NCBI GenBank assembly: GCA_001794755.1
Contig: MGKT01000008.1
Location: forward strand, 11,491 to 75,490
DNA: 64,000 bases
Direction: 5' to 3'
DNA from: Candidatus Yanofskybacteria bacterium RIFCSPLOWO2_02_FULL_44_18
GTDB taxonomy: Bacteria; Patescibacteriota; Minisyncoccia; 2-02-FULL-40-12; GWA2-44-9
Shown: in pieces, positions 27,671-37,065 of the stretch
Position numbering within the stretch: position 1 is the first letter of the stretch
Layout: each line of letters opens with the position of its first letter
Made by a program: the position numbers and the translations under genes
The notes under the pieces: generated by a model
What the model was told of the DNA's origin: nothing
Databases searched by the model: none
Seen by the model: only the letters and a program-made list of their open reading frames with translations

Positions 27671-28104
27671 CAGAAGATATATTAAAATTAAAAAAAGAAG
27701 CCGCCGAATATTTGAATAACTGGAAAAGAGAAAGAGCCGACTTAATCAATTATAAAAAAGATGAGGCGCGAAGAGTAGAGGAGATTATTAGATTCGCGAA
27801 TGAAGGGCTGGCCTTGGAGATAATAGATATACTGGACAATCTGGAAATCGCGATGCGGAACTTGCCCGAAGAGATGAAAGAAAAACATGACGATTGGCTG
27901 GATGGCATAGAAAAAGCAGTATCAGATTTTCAGAGGGTACTGGCCAGATATGATATAAGCCGGATTCCCGTGGAGAAATTTGACCCGGCTCTCCATGAGG
28001 CGGTCCACACCGAAAGAGACGGGGATAGAGTCGAAGAAGTGCGGGCCGGGTATACGATGCAGGGCCGGGTTATCCGGCCGTCAAGGGTGAAAATTGTAAA
28101 ATAA
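27667..28104 (+). CDS. grpE: Nucleotide exchange factor GrpE
   Basis: Position between hrcA and dnaK. Coiled-coil N-terminus and a GrpE-like C-terminal beta domain. Confidence 0.8.
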   Translation: MTEDILKLKKEAAEYLNNWKRERADLINYKKDEARRVEEIIRFANEGLALEIIDILDNLEIAMRNLPEEMKEKHDDWLDGIEKAVSDFQRVLARYDISRIPVEKFDPALHEAVHTERDGDRVEEVRAGYTMQGRVIRPSRVKIVK

Positions 28105-28198
28105 ATAAACTTATTCCAGTCGCTCTGCCATCTCGCCTCGCATGATTATTGCAGTACGCTACTAAAATCAAAAAAGTTTAAAAAATATCAAATAAACA

Positions 28199-28306
28199 CG
28201 TCGCCGGATAGTCTCATCGGGCACGCATAAAAAGTCTGCTGACTTTTTTGCTCGGACTCGTCGTCAGACCACTCCTCATGGTCCCTCTGAGACTATGCCG
28301 GCGCCG
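28199..28306 (+). repeat. Conserved ~105-nt palindromic element, copy A (15 nt upstream of the dnaK ATG)
   Basis: Core ~77 nt matches the reverse complement of 48421..48519 with 3 mismatches. Terminal arms CGCCGGATAGTCTCA / TGAGACTATGCCGGCG differ from copy B but stay self-complementary. Internal AAAAAGTC-TGCT-GACTTTTTT hairpin. Confidence 0.6.
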
Positions 28307-28320
28307 CTTCATAAGAATAA

Positions 28321-30189
28321 ATGAGTAAAATATTAGGAATCGATTTGGGAACAACAAACAGCGCCATGGCCGTTGTTGAAATAGGCCAGCCGCGGATATT
28401 GGAAAATAAGGAAGGGATGCGGACGACGCCATCCGTAGTTGCCATGGGCAAGAATGGCGAGAGGTATACTGGGGTAACGGCGAAAAGACAGGCTGTCACC
28501 AATCCTCGAAACACCATATTCTCCGTCAAAAGATTAATTGGCCGAAGGTTTTCCGACCCAGAAATCCAAAAGGACAAGTCTCTCCTGCCGTATGAAATAA
28601 AAGAGGGCCAACACGGGGATGTGGAAGTAAAAATAGGCGATGAATGGAAAAAACCGGCCGAAATTTCGGCCATGATACTGCAGAAGCTAAAGGCCGACGC
28701 AGAAGATAAATTGGGAGAAAAAATAACCGAGGCCATAATCACGGTGCCGGCGTATTTTGACGATTCCCAAAGAAAGGCCACAAAGGATGCCGGCGAGATT
28801 GCCGGGCTGACCGTCAAGAGGGTCATAAACGAACCCACAGCGGCGGCTTTGGCCTATGGTTTGAATAAAAAGAAAGATGAAAAAATTGTCGTTTATGACT
28901 TCGGCGGCGGAACATTTGACGTTTCCATACTGGAAATCGGCGACGATACGATTGAGGTTAGAGGTACCGGCGGCGATACCCATCTGGGTGGCGATGACAT
29001 CGATCAAAGAATAATTAAATTTCTAATCGAAGAATTTAAAAAAGATCAGGGCGTTGACATATCGTCCGATCAGCTGGCCGTCCAGAGATTAAAGGACGCC
29101 GCTGAAAAGGCCAAGCACGAACTTTCCTCGACTCTCCAGACGGAAGTCAATATACCGTTTTTAACTGCCGATCAATCGGGAGCCAAACATTTTAGCTTGA
29201 CATTTACTCGAGCTAAGCTCGAGGAGTTGATAAAGGACCTGATTGACCGATCCATCGAATTGACAAAGGAAACGCTGGATAAGACGGGATTCAAGGTCGG
29301 GGATATAAACGAAGTTATATTGGTAGGCGGCCAGACTAGAATGCCTCTGATTGTTGAAGAAGTGAAAAAACTTTTCGGCAAAGAGCCGCACAAAGACGTA
29401 AATCCGGATGAAGTCGTAGCCATAGGCGCGGCTATACAGGGCGGAATAATGCAGGGGGAAATAAGAGACGTCCTGCTTCTTGATGTCACTCCGTTATCTC
29501 TGGGAATAGAAACGCTGGGGGCCGTCTTCACAAAAATGATAGAAAAGAATACTACAGTTCCGGTAGCCAAGACGCAGATTTTTTCCACGGCTGCCGATAA
29601 TCAGCCGTCGGTGGAAATTCATGTTCTGCAGGGAGAGAGGCCGATGGCCCATGATAACAAGACTCTCGGCCGATTTATTCTTGACGGCATTCCGCCGGCT
29701 CCCCGAGGCGTACCCCAGATTGAAGTTTCTTTTGACATTGACGCCAATGGAATCCTGAATGTAAAGGCCAAAGACAAGGCGACGAACAAGGAGCAGTCAA
29801 TCAGAATCGAAGGCTCTTCCGGTTTAACCGATGATGAGAAAAAGAGGATGATGGCTGATGCCGAAAAATTTGCGGCCGACGACGCCAAACGCAAAGAGGC
29901 GGCTGAATCCAAAAATATGGCTGAAACGCTTATCTACACATCGGAGAAGCTCATCAAAGACAACGGTGATAAGATAAAGGAAGAAGACAAAAAAGAACTG
30001 CAGGAAAAAATAGATGTGGTCAAAAAAGCTCTGGTTTCGAAAAACGATGATGAAATAAAAAAAGCTCTGGAAGAGCTGTCAAAATCGGCCCAAAAAATCG
30101 GCGGCGCGCTGTATCAGCAATCTCAAGCACAGGAAGAAAAACCCAAGGAAGAGCCTAAAAATAAGGAACCGAAAGAAGAAAAGAAGTAA
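28321..30189 (+). CDS. dnaK: Chaperone DnaK (Hsp70)
   Basis: [18 protein letters not shown]... Full Hsp70 ATPase and substrate-binding domains. Confidence 0.95.
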   Translation: MSKILGIDLGTTNSAMAVVEIGQPRILENKEGMRTTPSVVAMGKNGERYTGVTAKRQAVTNPRNTIFSVKRLIGRRFSDPEIQKDKSLLPYEIKEGQHGDVEVKIGDEWKKPAEISAMILQKLKADAEDKLGEKITEAIITVPAYFDDSQRKATKDAGEIAGLTVKRVINEPTAAALAYGLNKKKDEKIVVYDFGGGTFDVSILEIGDDTIEVRGTGGDTHLGGDDIDQRIIKFLIEEFKKDQGVDISSDQLAVQRLKDAAEKAKHELSSTLQTEVNIPFLTADQSGAKHFSLTFTRAKLEELIKDLIDRSIELTKETLDKTGFKVGDINEVILVGGQTRMPLIVEEVKKLFGKEPHKDVNPDEVVAIGAAIQGGIMQGEIRDVLLLDVTPLSLGIETLGAVFTKMIEKNTTVPVAKTQIFSTAADNQPSVEIHVLQGERPMAHDNKTLGRFILDGIPPAPRGVPQIEVSFDIDANGILNVKAKDKATNKEQSIRIEGSSGLTDDEKKRMMADAEKFAADDAKRKEAAESKNMAETLIYTSEKLIKDNGDKIKEEDKKELQEKIDVVKKALVSKNDDEIKKALEELSKSAQKIGGALYQQSQAQEEKPKEEPKNKEPKEEKK

Positions 30190-30978
30190 ATGACACGCAA
30201 CATAAAATTAGCCGTTTGGCATGGACTCGTCGCTTTATTCGCCTGGCGGTTGTGGCTTTTCAGCGGAACGGTTTCTTTTAATTCCGTAATCGGTTTTGAT
30301 TTAAGCTTGCCGGCCGTTCTGATATTTATTCTTCTTTGTTCTTTTATTGCTACCGGTTATGTTTTATTTCAGGAAAAAAGATGGGCCTTGGCCGTGTCCG
30401 CCGCCGTCGGCCTGACATTTCTGGCCTATCTGGGCTGGACGTGGCTTAACATATTGGCCGTCATCGGCTTTTGGCTTTTTAACGTGTATGCTGTATCGAA
30501 CGCGAAGTCGAACATGCACGGCCGGATACGTCTTAACGTGAGATTGGCCCTGCTCTCATCTCTTTACCCGGTGGTTATAGGTTTTTTCCTTATGTTCTCA
30601 TTCGCCGCGTATCAAAGCGATATCTTGAACGACATTAAAAAATCTCAAAGACTGCCGTCCCAGGCCCAGGAGGCGATAAGGCAGTTCGCAAAGGAATTCG
30701 TGGGGCCAAGGATAGAGGGAACGCAAAAAGAAAAAGAAACCGCCATCAATCAAGTCTCAAACGAAACGTTCAATGAAATTAACAGATTTCTAAAACCGTT
30801 TTTCACCTCAGCTCCGCCGGTTCTTGCTTTTACTCTCTTTTTAATCCTGCTGGGTGTGTCTTGGATATTTGTCTGGCTGTCCATGCTCACCGGTCTTCTC
30901 ATTTTCTTCATTCTGAAGAAATCTAATTTTATCAGAGTCGAAAAGAAGCAAGTCGAGGCCGAAACGATTATTATTTAA
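30190..30978 (+). CDS. Hypothetical polytopic membrane protein (262 aa)
   Basis: ATG immediately after the dnaK stop. Multiple TM segments. Confidence 0.5.
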   Translation: MTRNIKLAVWHGLVALFAWRLWLFSGTVSFNSVIGFDLSLPAVLIFILLCSFIATGYVLFQEKRWALAVSAAVGLTFLAYLGWTWLNILAVIGFWLFNVYAVSNAKSNMHGRIRLNVRLALLSSLYPVVIGFFLMFSFAAYQSDILNDIKKSQRLPSQAQEAIRQFAKEFVGPRIEGTQKEKETAINQVSNETFNEINRFLKPFFTSAPPVLAFTLFLILLGVSWIFVWLSMLTGLLIFFILKKSNFIRVEKKQVEAETIII

Positions 30979-30981
30979 AAA

Positions 30982-31770
30982 ATGGCGAATCGCGACTATT
31001 ACAATATTCTCGGCGTGCCTCGCACGGCGACGCCCGAGGACATAAAAAGGGCCTATCGTAAGCTGGCCCATCAATATCATCCTGATAAACAAGGCGGGGA
31101 TGATATTAAATTTAAAGAAATAAACGAGGCATACCAGATTCTTTCTAATCCCAACAAAAGATCCAATTATGATAACTTTGGTTACGCCTACAGCGAAGGC
31201 GGATTTCAGGGCGGCGGAGGTGGCGGATATGAATATGATTTCAGCAATTTCTGGGATATGTTCGGCGGCCGCCAAAAAGGAGGTTTCGAAGATATATTTG
31301 ATTTCTTTTCCGACATGGGCGGCGGCCAGTACCGCCAGGCAACTAAAGGCGAGGATTTATATTTGGAAATAAGCATATCAAAGAAGGATTTGGGGACGAC
31401 TAAATATTATGAATACGAAATCCAGGATTATTGCCCTGAATGCGTCGGGTCAGGCATCGCTAAAGGCTACTCCGTAAAAACATGCTCTGCCTGCAATGGC
31501 TTGGGTCAGGTTCAAAAGACGACACGAGGCGGCTTCGGATTTTTTTCTCAAATATCAATTTGCCGCGCCTGCGGCGGCAAAGGAAAAGTTTCCGAAAAAG
31601 AATGTCCGCATTGCAGAGCATCGGGCCGCGTAAAAATGAAAAAAAACATTGAAATCAGAATCCCTCGGGACGTCGAAAGGGAATATACGATTATCGTGCC
31701 CAAAGGCGGCAATGCCGGCCGCGAAGGACAACCGCCCGGAGATATCGTAATCTCCCTCAAACTAAAATAA
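30982..31770 (+). CDS. dnaJ: Chaperone DnaJ, short form (J domain, G/F region, four CxxCxGxG zinc motifs, truncated C-terminal domain)
   Basis: DYYNILGV...HPDK J domain. G/F-rich linker. CPECVGSG, CSACNGLG, CRACGGKG, CPHCRASG. Only ~45 aa after the zinc finger. Confidence 0.8.
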   Translation: MANRDYYNILGVPRTATPEDIKRAYRKLAHQYHPDKQGGDDIKFKEINEAYQILSNPNKRSNYDNFGYAYSEGGFQGGGGGGYEYDFSNFWDMFGGRQKGGFEDIFDFFSDMGGGQYRQATKGEDLYLEISISKKDLGTTKYYEYEIQDYCPECVGSGIAKGYSVKTCSACNGLGQVQKTTRGGFGFFSQISICRACGGKGKVSEKECPHCRASGRVKMKKNIEIRIPRDVEREYTIIVPKGGNAGREGQPPGDIVISLKLK

Positions 31771-31891
31771 CACCGCTTTATGCGGTGTTATTAGTCACAG
31801 AATGCCAACTTTTTCATTTGACTCTGGACGCATATTCGCATAAATAATAATCAGTCCTTTTACATGAGGCATAGACATATGGGAGAAGTAT

Positions 31892-34552
31892 ATGGAAACT
31901 GATGTTAACGTTACCGTTCAAGATATTCAAAGCATTGAATCAGCCTCGCCTGCATTTCGAATGTGGCTGGCTGATATGTACTCGAGGCATTTTTTGGACG
32001 ATATTATCCATATTCTTGTCCACCGCATCGGCGCCGCCGATGATAAAAAAGGCGCTCTTGAGTTCCTGTCCGATATCAGCCGCGATTCCTTGAATCCCCA
32101 CATTACAATCGGCGATTTCCATGGCGACGGATATTTCCAAACGAGACTATTCAAAGAACTGAAACAAAGAACATCCGGTCTAAACGGCGATATCAGAAAC
32201 GATAATACATTCATGGTTCACGGCATTGTCGGGCACGCGGCGATGGGCGAGCTGTCAATCGGCGCTCTTCCGCCGACGGTTCTTCAGCGGCACGCGCATC
32301 GCCAGATTGAATTCTGGCAGAATAGACATTTTCAAGAGTCATTTGAATTCGAGAGATGGTTAATTCCGCATCCGACACTGATAAGAAACGGCAAAGTAAC
32401 GAAAGAATTTGAAAAGCAACTGGCCAGCATATGGGACACGCTGAAAAGCGTGCCCGTCACGCCGATTTCACAAGCATATAACTGGCTGGCGAGGACTGAA
32501 TCGGAAAGGCGGCGCTTGCGCAGCCTGATTGCTCAGTTTTTTGGATCGGCTTACGTTTACCAGCTTGAGGAATACGACAGCGCCGGATATTTGACCGCCA
32601 TGACATTAATGAGCTGGGCCGGGGCGATTTTGGATTATCTGGATAAGGGGCACAGGCCATTAATATTGGAAACAAACGTAATCGGCCGGAATCACGGGTA
32701 TAACGCAGGCAGAATTGATGCTTTTGAAGTATCGGAACTGGATGAGAGGCCGTTACGGCCGAGCGAACTCAAAATCATGGGTGAGATTGTTTCAAAGCGA
32801 GCCAGATTTGAATCGCTGGAGAATTTCGTAAGATCTGTTTCGCGCCTGTTCAACGTCAAAAGAGTGACTCTATCTGTTTTTGATTTTAAGATGGCAATCG
32901 GAGACGGCGGTCCCAATCATGTTTTAACGGAGTCTGGAATAAAAGACGTGTCGGTAAGGCATACCCGGCAAGTTCAAAGGTATCTGTGCCATCTGTCTTT
33001 GGTCCATCAGCGAAATTCGGACACAACCCCAAACGGACAAATATCTCCGCTTCTGTGGGATTCCGGAGGCTACGGAGAGATTTGGTATGTGCTTCATTCA
33101 ACGCTGCCTAAGCGGATTCCAATTCAGCTTAATTCAGCTGAATTGGAGAATGCGTACATTAAAGAAATAGCCGCTCGATGGCAAAAGGCCCAGGGTTTAG
33201 CCGATGTCAGACAGATGTCAAACCGCATATACAATCGGCTCTTTTACTTGATTGACAGCACATTACCTCGAAAATCCTTTAAGGCAGGAACAAAATCCTC
33301 TCTGTTTCAAATCAGCGAAACCCAAACGCATATACGAAAAATTGTTGACGCGTACAGATTCAAGGGTCCTCTGGATATGTTCGAATTAATCGGCATAAAA
33401 AACGACAAGCCCGAGTATGGCTTGCATCTTGACCGTCTCCTGGAGGCAATCAGGAGGGGATTGGTTAAAACAAGAATGTTCCACCCGTTCCGTGGCGGTA
33501 AAATCGCTTGCCCCTTCCACGGCGAAGAGGGCCCGTCGCTTCACGTGTATCTTGCGGACGGCCATTATCATTGCTTCGCCTGCGAACAACGAGGGAATAT
33601 TATTCCCGGTTCTGTGCCCGACAATATGGCGGACATTGTCTCCAATTCAGCGAGCGGAGGAGACAACAAATGGGACGGCAATGTATCTCGCGAACATAGT
33701 CTGCTAATGACAAGAGTTCAGCAATTCTTGAGTTCCAGTTTCTGGAAAAGTCCGGTTCCAGCCTATCTCAAAGATCAAAGAAAAATCGATCCTGACTTGG
33801 CTTTTAGCCTCGAAATCGGATACGGATCCGATGAATTGATAATTCATCTTTTGGAATGCGGATACAATATCGCCGTTTTGGAAAGATATGGAGTAATCAG
33901 TTTTTCAACCCGCGGCAGTTCGTCGTACCGTTTGCCCCAAATGCTGAAAAGATACGGATTAAACGTCGCGGAAAGGCAGAGAACAGTGCCAGATCCTGAT
34001 AGCGGAAAAGATGCCGTGGCACATCCATACACGATGTTGCGCGGACGGCTGACCGCCCCGTTATACACCGGCCAAGAAATTACTAATTTTTACGGCCGTG
34101 ACTTGTTAAGACGATCGCATATCAAGCTGTCAACAGGCGTACCCTACGAAGGTTACCACGTCTGGGTTGCTTCATATCCCGGTGATGAAGTATTGGTTGC
34201 CGAAGGCGTAATCGAGGTCTTAACGCTGATTCATATGGGATACTCCAACAGTATCGCCATCGTCGGAGTGAATAACCCCATCGCGGATAAGCTCCTTATC
34301 GCCTCAGGCAAAAAAATCGGCCTCGGATTCAACATCGATTCCAATCTTACCGGCCAGACAAACACCGAAAAGTGGCGCCAGAGATTGAGCGTCGGAGGAA
34401 TTCCGCCGGAAAAAATACGGAACTTTACAAATGAATTCGCGATGGCCCATAAAGGGAAATTCCCAAATGACTTCAACGATTGGTGGCGGCAATATGGTAA
34501 TTGGCAAGAGTTGTTTGAAAATATATCGCGTCAAAAATCATTAGTCGCATAG
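31892..34552 (+). CDS. Large protein: ~530-aa unknown N-terminal domain fused to a DnaG-primase-like CHC2 zinc finger + Toprim core
   Basis: CPFHGEEGPSLHVYLADGHYHCFACEQRGN matches the DnaG zinc finger CPFHxExxPSFxV...CFxC. The downstream LVAEGVIEVLTLIHMGYSNSIAIVG is Toprim-like (Glu motif). The second acidic motif is degenerate (IDSN instead of DxD). No helicase-interaction C-terminal domain evident. Confidence 0.6.
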   Translation: METDVNVTVQDIQSIESASPAFRMWLADMYSRHFLDDIIHILVHRIGAADDKKGALEFLSDISRDSLNPHITIGDFHGDGYFQTRLFKELKQRTSGLNGDIRNDNTFMVHGIVGHAAMGELSIGALPPTVLQRHAHRQIEFWQNRHFQESFEFERWLIPHPTLIRNGKVTKEFEKQLASIWDTLKSVPVTPISQAYNWLARTESERRRLRSLIAQFFGSAYVYQLEEYDSAGYLTAMTLMSWAGAILDYLDKGHRPLILETNVIGRNHGYNAGRIDAFEVSELDERPLRPSELKIMGEIVSKRARFESLENFVRSVSRLFNVKRVTLSVFDFKMAIGDGGPNHVLTESGIKDVSVRHTRQVQRYLCHLSLVHQRNSDTTPNGQISPLLWDSGGYGEIWYVLHSTLPKRIPIQLNSAELENAYIKEIAARWQKAQGLADVRQMSNRIYNRLFYLIDSTLPRKSFKAGTKSSLFQISETQTHIRKIVDAYRFKGPLDMFELIGIKNDKPEYGLHLDRLLEAIRRGLVKTRMFHPFRGGKIACPFHGEEGPSLHVYLADGHYHCFACEQRGNIIPGSVPDNMADIVSNSASGGDNKWDGNVSREHSLLMTRVQQFLSSSFWKSPVPAYLKDQRKIDPDLAFSLEIGYGSDELIIHLLECGYNIAVLERYGVISFSTRGSSSYRLPQMLKRYGLNVAERQRTVPDPDSGKDAVAHPYTMLRGRLTAPLYTGQEITNFYGRDLLRRSHIKLSTGVPYEGYHVWVASYPGDEVLVAEGVIEVLTLIHMGYSNSIAIVGVNNPIADKLLIASGKKIGLGFNIDSNLTGQTNTEKWRQRLSVGGIPPEKIRNFTNEFAMAHKGKFPNDFNDWWRQYGNWQELFENISRQKSLVA

Positions 34553-34600
34553 CCCCAGACATGGGGCTTTTTTGTAAACAAAAAGCCCTTTCGGGCTATG
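34553..34600. terminator. Bidirectional terminator pair between convergent genes
   Basis: CCCCAGACATGGGG followed by CTTTTTT, then AGCCCTTTCGGGCT. Confidence 0.55.
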
Positions 34601-35582
34601 CGGATATAAAATCCATTTGAGCCGTCATCAAACTGTGAGGATGGATTTCAACGGTAAAACAATCTCTGGATTCGGATGTCACACGGGCATCGAATCCGTT
34701 GAGTCTTTCTTCAATACCCGGCAGGGGATTCGGCATGGCGTCATAATACTTTCTCTTGTGAATAGTTCGAAGAATTTTTTGAAGATCTTCACCATATCTG
34801 CCTCTATGGTATTGGCCCAAAAAATCAAGGCATTTTCTGTTAAGATTTAGAGATAATTTCTCCTTGGAAAACATCAGGAATAAATCCCACGACGTCTTGG
34901 TTTTCGTGAATTCAAACTGTGAATTTCCTTTTATACGGCTAAGACCGCGGGAAATATATTTGGCCATTCCTCTTATTTTTCCGGTATTGATTGAGCTGAT
35001 CAGTTCTCGGGCATAAATATCGGCAGTCAGATGCGTATCGTGGAAACTCATGGAAAATCTGACCCCTCGGCTGACTTCTATTTTCATAACCGGTCTTGAA
35101 AATCTCAATCGTCCCGTTCTCTTGGGGCGGCGCGGGTTTCGCATTGTGAAATATCCCGATGTTTTGCGATTGCGCATCTGATCGGAGGCCTTGTCGAGAA
35201 TTTGTTCAAAAATAATCGGCGCCACAAAAGAATATTGTTCCGGGGTTAATGAAAACCACTTCCTCCTTTTATGATTGCAAAAACCGTTTCTCCAGTTATA
35301 TGACCTTTGGTAGGGCCGTGTTCGCCACAATCCGACCTCACAAAGCACGACACGCAAAAAGGCAAGTCCCTCGGCCGACGTTCCGGGCAGTCCGACACCG
35401 GGGCCGATTACCGCAATCACATTTAATTTGGGATTAAGATTGATTTTAACCCTGACCGGAACCGTGCCGTCCAGCTGGGCCGGAACCTCGATGCATACGG
35501 CGGCGTTGTGCATTACCAATGCCACATCTTGATTTACGAATTTTGCTACAAATGGGGGAGAATAATTCCATTCTCTGGGCAT
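34596..35582 (-). CDS. Hypothetical protein (328 aa)
   Basis: Strong SD AAGGAGAGG before the ATG at 35582 (the ORF track extends to 35630). No family recognised. Confidence 0.55.
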   Translation of the reverse strand: MPREWNYSPPFVAKFVNQDVALVMHNAAVCIEVPAQLDGTVPVRVKINLNPKLNVIAVIGPGVGLPGTSAEGLAFLRVVLCEVGLWRTRPYQRSYNWRNGFCNHKRRKWFSLTPEQYSFVAPIIFEQILDKASDQMRNRKTSGYFTMRNPRRPKRTGRLRFSRPVMKIEVSRGVRFSMSFHDTHLTADIYARELISSINTGKIRGMAKYISRGLSRIKGNSQFEFTKTKTSWDLFLMFSKEKLSLNLNRKCLDFLGQYHRGRYGEDLQKILRTIHKRKYYDAMPNPLPGIEERLNGFDARVTSESRDCFTVEIHPHSLMTAQMDFISA

Positions 35583-35636
35583 ACCTCTCCTTGTCAATGA
35601 AGCTGATATGAAATTACAGCAAATGTACAAAAAAGT

Positions 35637-36212
35637 CTATTTCCCTTTTTCAACTCTTTCCGTGTATTCCCCAGTTTCGGTGTTTATTCGTATAATATCC
35701 CCCTCCTCCACAAACAGGGGAGCGTTAATCATCGCTCCCGTCTCGATTTTAATCTGCTTGACTCCTCCTTGGGCCGTATTACCCCGAATCGCGGGCGGAG
35801 CCTCGACGACTTTAAATTCCATTTTTACAGGCAGTTCCGCGGTTATGATTTTATCTTTAAATAGAATTACATCCAGAATAATATTGGGTTTTAAGTAGCG
35901 AGCCGAGTCGCCTAATATATCATTGTTTAATTCAAATCTGGCCGACGGGTTGTTTTCTTCAGAAAACCAGAACTGATCTCGATGGGAATACAGGTATTTT
36001 ACTTTTTTTCTTTGGACGTCCGCTTCCTCAAACACATCGGATTGGGCGAAATTTCTTTCCAGAACCTTGCCGTTAATCAGGTTGCGCATCCGCGTCTGAA
36101 CCGTCGGCCGGCGCTGCTGCATTTTCAAATGATGAGTTTCCAAAACAACATAGGGCTGGCCCTCGTATATGAAAAAAATCTTCGGTTTAAGCTCGTTTAC
36201 AGATAATGACAT
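35637..36212 (-). CDS. efp: Elongation factor P
   Basis: MSLSVNELKPKIFFIYEGQPYVV... with KOW-like and OB domains typical of EF-P. Start at the internal ATG at 36212 (the ORF track extends to a TTG at 36248). Confidence 0.85.
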   Translation of the reverse strand: MSLSVNELKPKIFFIYEGQPYVVLETHHLKMQQRRPTVQTRMRNLINGKVLERNFAQSDVFEEADVQRKKVKYLYSHRDQFWFSEENNPSARFELNNDILGDSARYLKPNIILDVILFKDKIITAELPVKMEFKVVEAPPAIRGNTAQGGVKQIKIETGAMINAPLFVEEGDIIRINTETGEYTERVEKGK

Positions 36213-36258
36213 ATGTAAAAATATAGCAAAAGAGCCCAAAAATGGCAACGGGAAGGGA

Positions 36259-36288
36259 TTGACAGCGCACCATCAGAAATGGTATAAT
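36259..36288 (+). promoter_or_regulatory. Sigma70 promoter with extended -10, predicting a leaderless transcript
   Basis: TTGACA at 36259-36264, an 18-nt spacer, then TGgTATAAT (TATAAT at 36283-36288). The ATG of the downstream ORF lies at 36295, 7 nt after the -10. Confidence 0.5.
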
Positions 36289-36294
36289 ATATAC

Positions 36295-37065
36295 ATGAAT
36301 AATCGCGCTATATATATTAAATCAATTGCGGGCCTTTTGGCTGTTTTGGCTATTTTCTCGGCTATGCCAGCCAATGCCGCCACATTTTCCTACGACCCTT
36401 TTGGGAAATACTCAAACGGCGACATGAACGGCTTCGTCTGCGACATTATCGGTTCAATAGGCCTAGGTTGTTTTTTCAGCTCTAGCACTCAAGCCCAGTC
36501 AACCGCAGATGCGGAACCGAATGCCACGTACACCGGCGTTATTTCTCGCAAATATACAAACACGAAAATAAGTTTGGTGAGAGTGCCGGGAAGCAATCAG
36601 GTTTATGAAATTATCAAGGGCCAGAAGCATCTAATCCCGACCGCGGAAATATTCTTTGATTACGGTTTCACCAGTGAGATGATACAAAATATTGATGCCT
36701 ATCAGCTCGCTAAGTATCCTCGGGCCGCTTTGGTTAGGGCGTATAACGACAAAGACAAAATATATTATCTGACCGAAGGCGGAATGTTGAGATTTATGCC
36801 GAATAAAAAGGTCTATGAGTCATACGGCGGCAGGGAAGAGGATATCATTGAATTGAGCCAAAAGGAATTTAATTATTACCCGAAGGTAAAGTACGTCTAT
36901 TTGGCCCAGCCGATAAATCGGGACGTCTTCCTGATTGACGGCAATACAAAAAAATACCTCACGCCCATGGCCGTGATGAGATTGGACATAACCACTGATC
37001 AGGTCACGCCCGTCAACCAATACGAATTTGATTTCTACAAAACCGGAAGCCCCATTATTTACTAA
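36295..37065 (+). CDS. Hypothetical secreted protein with signal peptide (256 aa)
   Basis: MNNRAIYIKSIAGLLAVLAIFSAMPANA signal peptide. The ORF track start at 36169 would overlap efp and is rejected. Confidence 0.5.
   Translation: MNNRAIYIKSIAGLLAVLAIFSAMPANAATFSYDPFGKYSNGDMNGFVCDIIGSIGLGCFFSSSTQAQSTADAEPNATYTGVISRKYTNTKISLVRVPGSNQVYEIIKGQKHLIPTAEIFFDYGFTSEMIQNIDAYQLAKYPRAALVRAYNDKDKIYYLTEGGMLRFMPNKKVYESYGGREEDIIELSQKEFNYYPKVKYVYLAQPINRDVFLIDGNTKKYLTPMAVMRLDITTDQVTPVNQYEFDFYKTGSPIIY

Noticed and set aside
36169-36294. ORF-track start at 36169 for the secreted protein (MKKIFGLSSFTDNDICKN...)
   Set aside because: It would overlap efp on the opposite strand. A promoter and signal peptide support the ATG at 36295.
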